Below are positions 25,021 through 32,000 of a stretch of DNA of 32,000 nucleotides, piece by piece. The stretch is from Candidatus Heimdallarchaeota archaeon. Lineage in GTDB: Archaea > Asgardarchaeota > Heimdallarchaeia > Heimdallarchaeales > Kariarchaeaceae. A model generated the notes under the pieces. It was not told the DNA's origin, made no database searches, and saw only the letters and a program-made list of their open reading frames with translations. Position 1 is the first letter of the stretch. Every line of letters starts with the position of its first letter. The translations under genes were made by a program, and so were the position numbers. The stretch is from assembly GCA_030149205.1 (NCBI GenBank), contig JASBSB010000001.1:510001-542000 (forward strand), written 5' to 3'.

Positions 25021-26244
25021 TTAATGTAATTCTGGGATCTCAGGAACTTTGACCTCTAAATCTTGGTTTGTAAGTTCAGAAACTGTTTCCAAATCTTTTA
25101 TAGTTGATTCTCGAATATTTTCTGCTTCTCTCAACTCTCGTTCTACAATTCTAATTTTGTCTCTTTTGATCCCCTCGATATGTTCCTTGATCTTTGTAAT
25201 TTTCATATCTAGATTAAGGTCCTTTAGCTCCTCCTCTAGTTCTCCTCTTCTGACATACATTTTGTGAAGTGAATCATAGATTTCATCTAGTTTTGAACCT
25301 AACATCTCGTCTATTTGTTTTAAGGTTGATTCTTTTTTATCTTTTTTAATATGAATTTCTTGAGAAGTAATTTCATCTTTAATTGTTGTTAACAGGCCCT
25401 TTATTGAGTTAACAGATGAATTCTTTGCTATTGAAGTGGCTGGATCACTAATGAATTCTTTTGGAACGGTCAAATCACCCCTATCTTTAGATTTTGATTG
25501 TTTGTTCACATATTTCTTAATTGCCTTTTTTATGTCAGAAAACTCTATATCTAGGTCTGTTTGTAGTTTCTTATATTTTTCCCTTAATTCAGTAAATTCC
25601 TTCTGTAAAGGGTGGTTTTCTAGCTCCTCTAATTCTTTCTCCTCATTTTCAATATCCTGGTCTTTCTCTTTGAGTGAACCTGTTTTTTCTTGAAGCTCGG
25701 AGATTAAATCATTGAGACGGTCTATATTACTTATAATATCATCAATTAACCATAAACCTTGTTCAATGTTTGACTTTGGTTTATATTTTTCGTCCAGATA
25801 TTTTTTTAGATTCTCTAGTTGCTTGTATACATCCCCATAAGCTTTATCAAGACTCTTTACACGTTTTTGATACTTCTTGTCTAAAAGTTTGATATACTTG
25901 CTCAGTGTTGAATCCGTTAGAGCATCTAATTTAGATTTTAAGTTTTCGTAAAATCTTGAAGTTGATTGAAGATTGATGTTTTCAGGAAATTCAACGTTAT
26001 TAAGTAATTCTGAGACTCCCTCATAGATCCTATGACTATATTTTTCTGTTGATGCAACATTTTCTAGATCATCAAGAACCTTAAAGTCATTAACAATTTT
26101 AGTGAGTGATTCCAAACTCCTATTGATCTTCTTAAAATATTTATCCTTAACAGTTTTCTTCTCTTTTGAGAGTACAGATTCCGATTGATTTTCGATATCT
26201 TCTCGAATTTTGTAAAGTTTTGAGTTGGTGGGAGCTTGTTCCAT
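25021..26244 (-). CDS. Long coiled-coil protein of unknown function
   Basis: 407 aa, K/E/L-rich heptad stretches interrupted by a short globular segment (around FSDIKKAIKKY...FISDP); 48 nt downstream of the roadblock gene on the same strand. Confidence 0.75.
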   Translation of the reverse strand: MEQAPTNSKLYKIREDIENQSESVLSKEKKTVKDKYFKKINRSLESLTKIVNDFKVLDDLENVASTEKYSHRIYEGVSELLNNVEFPENINLQSTSRFYENLKSKLDALTDSTLSKYIKLLDKKYQKRVKSLDKAYGDVYKQLENLKKYLDEKYKPKSNIEQGLWLIDDIISNIDRLNDLISELQEKTGSLKEKDQDIENEEKELEELENHPLQKEFTELREKYKKLQTDLDIEFSDIKKAIKKYVNKQSKSKDRGDLTVPKEFISDPATSIAKNSSVNSIKGLLTTIKDEITSQEIHIKKDKKESTLKQIDEMLGSKLDEIYDSLHKMYVRRGELEEELKDLNLDMKITKIKEHIEGIKRDKIRIVERELREAENIRESTIKDLETVSELTNQDLEVKVPEIPELH

Positions 26245-26292
26245 AAATTATGCAGAACTTTAACATTTTTTAAGATTTCAATTAATCCGGAG

Positions 26293-26613
26293 TTAGACAG
26301 CCACAGTTTTTTTATCTCTAATCGCTATCACAATATATTCATCTTCCAATGCAACCAAAATTTCTCCCTTGGTTACATCAATTGTAAAAAAGTTCACAGA
26401 TCCTCGCCCAATTTGTTCAACAGAGTTTTTTGCTCTACCAACTAAAGCTGAGAATAGTGCAGCCGTCTTTTCAGCATCCTCTGCTGTAAAACTGCTATCT
26501 TTCCCGCGATAGGTAAGAGGAAAACCTTCAATGCTCGCAATTACTACAGCATACACTCCTTTATGTTCCATTAGAGAGTTTAATATTTGTGTAAAATTTC
26601 CTTGTGACAACAT
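26293..26613 (-). CDS. Roadblock/LC7 domain protein
   Basis: GVYAVVIASIEGFPL, TAALFSAL, QIGRGSVNFFTIDVTKGEILV: roadblock alpha-beta-beta-alpha-beta-beta-beta pattern. Confidence 0.85.
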   Translation of the reverse strand: MLSQGNFTQILNSLMEHKGVYAVVIASIEGFPLTYRGKDSSFTAEDAEKTAALFSALVGRAKNSVEQIGRGSVNFFTIDVTKGEILVALEDEYIVIAIRDKKTVAV

Positions 26614-26791
26614 TCTAAATTTATGAAATTTTTCTTTTTATTTTAGTTTTTATATGACTCAGCATAATAAAAGTAAGTTAATTCTTCTTTTCAAATCAGG
26701 GTCAACTTTACTAGAAACGTTATTAAATTTGACAATAATAAAGTTTTAAGAGATTACTCAGGGTTTTTTAAGAACAAATTTTAATCTCTTG

Positions 26792-26834
26792 CTAGGAACT
26801 ATGACAATCATTTTTTTATATGATTGTTTCCTAG
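26792..26834. other. Imperfect inverted repeat / RNA hairpin in the divergent intergenic region
   Basis: CTAGGAA(26792-98)/TTCCTAG(26828-34) and ACAATCAT(26804-11)/ATGATTGT(26820-27), with a 5-nt bulge and an 8-nt loop. Confidence 0.5.
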
Positions 26835-26872
26835 GTCTATTAGTTATTTCTGGATAACGCCCGGTGAATAGT

Positions 26873-27448
26873 ATGAGGAAAGACGCAAAGGGTAGAACCC
26901 ATTTTAAAATTATCTTCGTTGGCTCAAGTCTTGCAGGCAAAACAACGCTATTAAAATATCTTCATGACCAAGTTGATGGACTTGTAAAAGGTGGGCTTAC
27001 CTCAATTGCAGATCCCTCAGGTAGAACTGTATATTTTGACTATTCACCCTTTTCAGCTACAAACAATGTTTTATTTGATGTTTACACTGTTGCTGGTCAA
27101 AGAAGACACAGGGATCAGAGAAAAATGATGTTAAGAGCTGTAGACGGAATTGTTTTTGTGGCTGATTCAAACCCTGAAATGAAACAGGATAATATAGAAG
27201 CTGCTCAAGAGCTTAAGGAATTTATGGGCACAAAATTAGGAACCGAAATACCAATGGTAATTGTTTTAAATAAACGTGACTTGGAAAACAAGATGGATCG
27301 TGAAGAAATGTTAAGGGATCTTGGTTTCATTAAAGATACTTTAGCGATCAACACAATTGCAACCAAGGGTGTCGGTGTAAAACAAGCTTTTCAAGCAGTC
27401 TCGCGAGAAATCATCATGAGAACCATTTATAGTAAACAAGCAGCTTAA
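26873..27448 (+). CDS. MglA-like small GTPase (Ras superfamily)
   Basis: G1 GSSLAGKTT, G2 region GRTVYFDY (MglA RTLFFDF-like, Arg retained), G3 YTVAGQ, DGIVFVADS, G4 NKRD. SD GGTGA 5 nt before ATG 26873. Confidence 0.9.
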   Translation: MRKDAKGRTHFKIIFVGSSLAGKTTLLKYLHDQVDGLVKGGLTSIADPSGRTVYFDYSPFSATNNVLFDVYTVAGQRRHRDQRKMMLRAVDGIVFVADSNPEMKQDNIEAAQELKEFMGTKLGTEIPMVIVLNKRDLENKMDREEMLRDLGFIKDTLAINTIATKGVGVKQAFQAVSREIIMRTIYSKQAA

Positions 27449-28053
27449 TCCTCAGGTTGATATTCTAACTCTTCAGAGATTGGTCCGAACACACTATCCT
27501 CAAAAAATTCATCTTCATGAGTTACTTGACCCCTTAATTCTTCTGGCTCAGGTTTTACAATTTCATCAGACAAGTACTCAGGTTCTAATGTATCAAGTAA
27601 AGTAAACTCATCTACCTTGTTGAGGTTAATTATTCGATCAAAATAGTTTAACATTTTCGAGTTAATTGGATCCCAAACAAGACCAATTGATTCGATTAAA
27701 TCCTTTTTAGATTCCAAGAATAAAACTCTCAGTTCATCTTTATTAGAACCAAATATCATGTAGTTAACTTTATTTTCAAGAACTAAATCATATGCCTCGA
27801 GTAAGAAAGTAATTGCAAATGTGTTTTTTGGGGCTATAATGACTCCAAATCCCATCTGATTTAATTTATAAGTATCAGACTCACTTAACTTTTTCCTAGA
27901 TATAATCTGAGAATATTTTATCATCCCATATTGCTGTATTGTTTGAATCAACATTTTGAGTGGTTCTAATGAGCTTTTTTCAAAAAGATCAAAGTCAATA
28001 ATTATACCAAATCTTGGCTTCCTTCTGATTAAAGAGTTAATATAATATGACAT
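27445..28053 (-). CDS. NYN (LabA/DUF88, TIGR00288-like) domain protein with degenerate catalytic motifs and an acidic tail
   Basis: RRKPRFGIIIDFDL, QYGMIK, GFGVII, LEAYDLVLENKVNYMIF, FDRIINL follow the archaeal NYN pattern. The DGxN, KxxD and S/TxDxDF motifs are altered. Confidence 0.6.
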   Translation of the reverse strand: MSYYINSLIRRKPRFGIIIDFDLFEKSSLEPLKMLIQTIQQYGMIKYSQIISRKKLSESDTYKLNQMGFGVIIAPKNTFAITFLLEAYDLVLENKVNYMIFGSNKDELRVLFLESKKDLIESIGLVWDPINSKMLNYFDRIINLNKVDEFTLLDTLEPEYLSDEIVKPEPEELRGQVTHEDEFFEDSVFGPISEELEYQPED

Positions 28054-28135
28054 TATTCTATGTTTCCTATGAATTTCAAGGACTTAACCTTTATGAAAGT
28101 AAAAAATTCTTATGTGTTATATGATTAAATATGAG

Positions 28136-28918
28136 TTATTTTCCAAATCTACGGCTTCTTTGTTGATAACTTCTGATAGCTCTTAAAAAGTCAATCTCTC
28201 TGAATAATGGCCAATAAATATCTGTAAAATAAAGTTCTGCATAAAATGCTTGCCACAAAAGAAATCCCCCTATTCGGATCTCTCCTGAGGTTCTGATTAT
28301 GAGATCTGCATCAGGTAGACCTGAAGTATAAAGATATGAGGAAATCATCTCTTCTGAAATTTCATCTGGATCTAGATTTCCATCTTTAACTTGTCTGGCA
28401 ATTTTCTTGGTTGCATGAACTAACTCTTCTCTACCTCCATAGGCAAAACACACATTGATAACATGATTTTCATACTTCTCTGTAACTTTTTCAGCAATGG
28501 TGATTTCTTTCTGAATATCTTCATCTAGTAGGTAAAGCTCTCCAGAGAACCTGATTTGAACCCCTCGTTTATGAATCCTTGGATCTTCCCTTAACTTGAT
28601 TATGTAATCTTTTGCTAAACTGAAGATATTTTCCTTGTCCTCCTCATTTCTGTCTAAATTATGAGTTGACATTACCCACAATGATACCACCTCTATTCCC
28701 AGATCCCAGGACCATTCAAGGACATTTTCCAAAACCTGAGCACCTATTGAGTATCCAGTTTTTAAAGGAACACCTATTTTTTGCGACCCCCGTCTATTCC
28801 CGTCAAGTATTAAACCAATGTGGCGAGGCATGTTATTAGTTTTTTTAACCCGTTTTTTTAAGCGTGACTCATAGATTTTGTAGACAAAGTTCATCGGATT
28901 AAATGTGTGAATGCTCAA
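28136..28918 (-). CDS. uppS: cis-prenyltransferase (undecaprenyl/polyprenyl diphosphate synthase)
   Basis: HIGLILDGNRR, STHNLDR, YGGREEL, DLIIRTSGEIRIGGFLLWQ, YAELYF, FLRAIRSYQQRSRRFGK. Start is TTG 28918 or ATG 28894. Confidence 0.96.
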   Translation of the reverse strand: MSIHTFNPMNFVYKIYESRLKKRVKKTNNMPRHIGLILDGNRRGSQKIGVPLKTGYSIGAQVLENVLEWSWDLGIEVVSLWVMSTHNLDRNEEDKENIFSLAKDYIIKLREDPRIHKRGVQIRFSGELYLLDEDIQKEITIAEKVTEKYENHVINVCFAYGGREELVHATKKIARQVKDGNLDPDEISEEMISSYLYTSGLPDADLIIRTSGEIRIGGFLLWQAFYAELYFTDIYWPLFREIDFLRAIRSYQQRSRRFGK

Positions 28919-28989
28919 TCAAATTCAATAGCGACACACCCTTATTTAACTTTAGAGAAATAGATATGGAGGAGAAACAGCTCTAAATC

Positions 28990-29748
28990 TTAGAGAATAT
29001 CTTCTGAACCCCAAATACGCTGGAGTTCAGCAAAAGCTAAATCAATATTTTCATTAGTTTCACTTGAAAAAATTGGAAAGTCATTAACACCTAACTCATC
29101 CAAAAGTATACGAGCCATTTTTGTGCTTAAATTAGCATTTAGTAAAAATGATTCCTGGCGTAAATCCTCCATTAAGAATTCTTCATTTTCTGTCCATTCT
29201 TGTATTCTCCAGGATCTATCTTCAGAAACAGTATCTCCTTTAGAAATCAGAAAATTAAATGCTGTTTTCAATCTATAACCAATAGAGACACCAAAAAGCA
29301 TTGTAGAAATGAAGCTTGAGGCAGTGTTGCACAAAACCGGGTCAAGGAGAAACAAACCTCCAATTTGACCAGTTTTTGATAGCTCACTAATAATCAGTGG
29401 CCCACTTCCACGAAAGGCAAAGGTCTCCATTTGTCCTGGAAGATCGACGATTGCATATTCAGGATTAAACTCATTAATCTCATCGATCACCTCATCAAAA
29501 TTTAAAGCGACGTGATCCATAGCAGTAATAATTCCCCCATTTGGCCCTAATTCAAATTTGTCCACTATTTCCTCATATGAAACGAAGTTTCGTACATCGA
29601 TCGAGGGAGAATAAGGGAGTCTAAGGACTGCCGGATCAAGGTTGATGCTGATGACATCATACTCAGATTGGTTCATCCACTCATAGAGTGCTGCTGTAGC
29701 ATGAGATTTACCAGAACCAGCTGGTCCTAAAAAGTAACCTAAGTTCAT
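28990..29748 (-). CDS. GPN-loop GTPase
   Basis: GPAGSGKS, INLDPA, IDVR, LGPNGG (GPN loop), DLPGQME. True start is probably ATG 29748 rather than the ORF-track 29856. Confidence 0.93.
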   Translation of the reverse strand: MNLGYFLGPAGSGKSHATAALYEWMNQSEYDVISINLDPAVLRLPYSPSIDVRNFVSYEEIVDKFELGPNGGIITAMDHVALNFDEVIDEINEFNPEYAIVDLPGQMETFAFRGSGPLIISELSKTGQIGGLFLLDPVLCNTASSFISTMLFGVSIGYRLKTAFNFLISKGDTVSEDRSWRIQEWTENEEFLMEDLRQESFLLNANLSTKMARILLDELGVNDFPIFSSETNENIDLAFAELQRIWGSEDIL

Positions 29749-29940
29749 GAATGAATTCCAATTATTCAGGATAAAAAAATATAGATGTTTATTTTTGGTG
29801 CACATTCTCTGATTGAATCTATGCTCATTGCAAATCATGTAGAAAAAACTCACCATAGTTCCAATATCTTTTTATTAAATAAAGCTCAAGTAAAGTTAAA
29901 CAGTGAGAGGTTAATCTATAACCTAGGGTTGTGGTAAATT

Positions 29941-30327
29941 ATGTTTGATTTTACATTTGACGACAAAGCAAAAGACCTAGACGAAATCTTAAAAGAACTA
30001 GATTTAAATGTTAAAGAGATCGAAGCAGCGGCGATCGTCTCAATTGAGGGATTACCTATTGCTGCTCGTATGCCTCCAGAGTATGAGGACGCACTAGTAG
30101 CGCCTATGACCGCTGCAATGCTATCATTAGGAGAAAAAATTAGTAATAATTTGCATAGGGGATTGTTACAGAAAATCTTTGTCGAAGGGGTAGAAGGCCA
30201 TGTAATTTTTGTAGCCGCAGGTTCAAATGCAGTTTTAACAGTATCAACAACAAAAGATGCAAAATTAGGGTTGATTTTTCTAGAGATGGATGAAGCAGCA
30301 AAGAAAATAGCAGAGGTTCTCGGATAG
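29941..30327 (+). CDS. Roadblock/LC7 domain protein (MglB-like)
   Basis: IEAAAIVSIEGLPIA, MTAAMLSLGEKI..L.RG.L, AGSNAVLTV, AKLGLIFLEM..AAKKI. Confidence 0.92.
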   Translation: MFDFTFDDKAKDLDEILKELDLNVKEIEAAAIVSIEGLPIAARMPPEYEDALVAPMTAAMLSLGEKISNNLHRGLLQKIFVEGVEGHVIFVAAGSNAVLTVSTTKDAKLGLIFLEMDEAAKKIAEVLG

Positions 30328-30475
30328 ACAATTTCTATCATTCTTTATATCTTATCAGATAATTTCCAAAACATTTCCGCATTTTGTGAAAATAATACGG
30401 AGGCTACCTCAAATTCTTACAATTTGAATTGAACAAAGGGATAATTTTATATTTGAAAATATATTCAATGGGATA

Positions 30476-32000
30476 TTGGAAATCAGAGAAACTAGTCCCA
30501 AACAAACCAACTTGCACAAGGTTCTCAAAAACAAAAACATACATCCAGATGGGAAATTAAGTGGGTACCATCGATTTTCTATAGATACTGTCTATACTCC
30601 ACCTCGAATTCCGAAACCATTTTCCTTTCTACCAACTGTTAATAAAATTGGATTAACTAAACTTCTTGTGAAGGAGGTATTTCATTATAATTTCAAATTG
30701 ATAAAATCAGATTACAGGCAAGCCTTAATGAGTAGACCATGTATTTATGGAGTATTTAGTGGACCGATCGGAGGATTTAATCCAATCAAAGAAAAATGTA
30801 CAGGCTGTCTTAGGTGCGTACAAGAGTACCCTGATGTATGCAACGTAGAAATCAATCCTGAGTTTGACCAGTACACAGATTCTTTCTGGAGAAGAAAAGA
30901 TCCAATTTACTCCTCTACAAGCCCTTATTCTTTGATTATAAATGAAGCAGAAACTGGAAAAATTCCAGTTAAAGGGATGGGCTATAAGGGTTCATTTGCC
31001 GATGAAGGCTGGGATTCAATATGGACTGACATGTCTGAAATCGTGAGACCTACAAGAGATGGTATATATGGTAGAGAATTCATATCCACAAAAGTTACAA
31101 TCGGCTCTAAGCTTGGCACATATAGGGAGTTATCTGACCCAATCGAGTCATCTCTTCCAATTTTATTTGACCTAACACCAGTTAAAAACAACAAGATACT
31201 GATAGAGACTTTAGCAAAGGCATCTGAAAAAAATGGTACGTATTTTTTAATCAGACCATCTGAGATTTCTGCAATTCCCAGAAAATTTCATAAGAACCTA
31301 ATTTACTCTATCGAGGACATGAAATACACTAATCATAAATCATACCAAGACATTAGAATTATTGAGATTAACATTGTTAAAGCGATTGGGATAGAACAAT
31401 CTATGAATTATAATGATATTTGGAAAAGGCTTAATAGTGAAAGAATAGCAGAAATTGAAAATTTGATAAATAAACTCAAATCTAATGGAAAAAAGATAAT
31501 CCTAAGAATTCCCTTTACTGATGGAATCTTAGAGGGTATAGAAAAACTATCCAAGGCAGATATTGATGGTTTTCATCTTTTTGCGAACTATCATGGTCAA
31601 ACATACGAACATTCTCCAAGATTTATTTCTCGGGTCTTACGTGAGGTTCATGAATTTATGTTGAAGAAAAACATTCGAGATAAATTTACACTTGTGACAA
31701 GTGGAGGAATCATCTTAGCGGAGCATGTGCCAAAAGCAATAATTTTTGGGGCAGATTTAGTTGGAATAGATACAACACCATTAGTTGCTTTACAAATGAG
31801 GTTCAAGGGGGAATGTGTTGACGCAGATTCTGCAGAATTTTACAGAGACAGTTTTGATGTGGAGTGGGGAGTTAACAGGTTAACAAATTTGTTTGGTGCT
31901 TGGCATAACCAAATTCTTGAAATCTTAAGTGCGATGGGGATGAGAGATATAAGAAGGTTAAGAGGAGATATAGGAAGGGCAATAATCAAAGAGGAGATGG
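30476..32000 (+). CDS. Glutamate-synthase-related FMN-binding protein with N-terminal ferredoxin-like motif (3' truncated; not in the ORF track; start uncertain, TTG 30476 or 30512)
   Basis: Manual translation is open from 30428 to the window end: RPCIYGVF...KCTGCLRCVQEYP, WTDMSEIVRPTRDGIYGREFIST, SGGIILAEHVPKAIIFGAD, AWHNQILEILSAMGMRDIRRLRGDIGRA. Confidence 0.85.
   Translation, partial: MEIRETSPKQTNLHKVLKNKNIHPDGKLSGYHRFSIDTVYTPPRIPKPFSFLPTVNKIGLTKLLVKEVFHYNFKLIKSDYRQALMSRPCIYGVFSGPIGGFNPIKEKCTGCLRCVQEYPDVCNVEINPEFDQYTDSFWRRKDPIYSSTSPYSLIINEAETGKIPVKGMGYKGSFADEGWDSIWTDMSEIVRPTRDGIYGREFISTKVTIGSKLGTYRELSDPIESSLPILFDLTPVKNNKILIETLAKASEKNGTYFLIRPSEISAIPRKFHKNLIYSIEDMKYTNHKSYQDIRIIEINIVKAIGIEQSMNYNDIWKRLNSERIAEIENLINKLKSNGKKIILRIPFTDGILEGIEKLSKADIDGFHLFANYHGQTYEHSPRFISRVLREVHEFMLKKNIRDKFTLVTSGGIILAEHVPKAIIFGADLVGIDTTPLVALQMRFKGECVDADSAEFYRDSFDVEWGVNRLTNLFGAWHNQILEILSAMGMRDIRRLRGDIGRAIIKEEM

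Noticed and set aside
25021-26244. Coiled-coil protein as SMC/Rad50, ESCRT-III or PspA
   Set aside because: No Walker A/B, zinc hook or hinge motif, and its length and pattern do not fit ESCRT-III/PspA; left as unknown.
29749-29856. N-terminal extension of the GPN GTPase in the ORF track (likewise the extended starts at 4490, 17796, 20309 and 26864)
   Set aside because: The P-loop starts right after ATG 29748 and the extension covers the AT-rich divergent promoter. In the other cases a nearby in-frame ATG is preferred, supported by SD spacing at 4481 and 26873.
1396-31194. Short ORF-track entries on the opposite strand or in another frame of real genes (e.g. 1396-1608, 1994-2302, 2793-3077, 2813-3016, 5341-5604, 5650-5862, 9131-9325, 11166-11360, 11955-12242, 13746-13958, 15570-15794, 16417-16644, 19041-19346, 19546-19905, 20269-20484, 22130-22603, 25049-25267, 25436-25693, 26236-26445, 26758-26940, 29916-30341, 30140-30331, 30982-31194)
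   Set aside because: They overlap well-supported genes, show antisense-shadow composition and have no recognisable motifs.
1-32000. CRISPR arrays, IS elements, integrases, prophage genes, rRNA
   Set aside because: I saw no regularly spaced repeats, terminal inverted repeats with target duplications, transposase/integrase motifs or rRNA-like sequence on reading.

Overview
AT-rich archaeal chromosomal window, most likely from an Asgard archaeon. This is inferred from gene content only: archaeal eL18/uL13/uS9, RpoD, a probable eL38, an intron-containing tRNA-Pro with a bulge-helix-bulge motif, (A)GGTGA Shine-Dalgarno sites, a GPN-loop GTPase, two roadblock/LC7 proteins and an MglA-like small GTPase. 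Left to right the window holds: a partial LLM-class oxidoreductase and a trans-sulfuration PLP lyase divergent from an Lrp/AsnC regulator; a coupled pair of a Upf1-like SF1B helicase and a wHTH + degenerate PIN/NYN-like protein; an MFS transporter; a large type IV pilin-like protein with two tandem beta-sandwich repeats; a lipid/glycan cluster (GT-C/GT87-like, two GT4 enzymes resembling bacterial mono- and diglycosyl-diacylglycerol synthases, a PlsC-like acyltransferase, enoyl-CoA hydratase); EamA; RtcA; a rearranged r-protein/rpoD locus; tRNA-Pro(GGG); PPDK; a coiled-coil/roadblock/GTPase block; NYN-UppS-GPN genes; a second roadblock; and a partial glutamate-synthase-like flavoprotein. I saw no CRISPR array, transposase, integrase or rRNA. 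The best candidates for an undescribed system are (1) the bacterial-type glycolipid/acyltransferase cluster in an archaeon and (2) the Upf1-like helicase + Regnase-like pseudo-nuclease pair. A tRNA-Pro carrying the alanine identity pair G3-U70 and a probable CTG start for PPDK also stand out. All family assignments come from motif recognition by eye; no searches were run.
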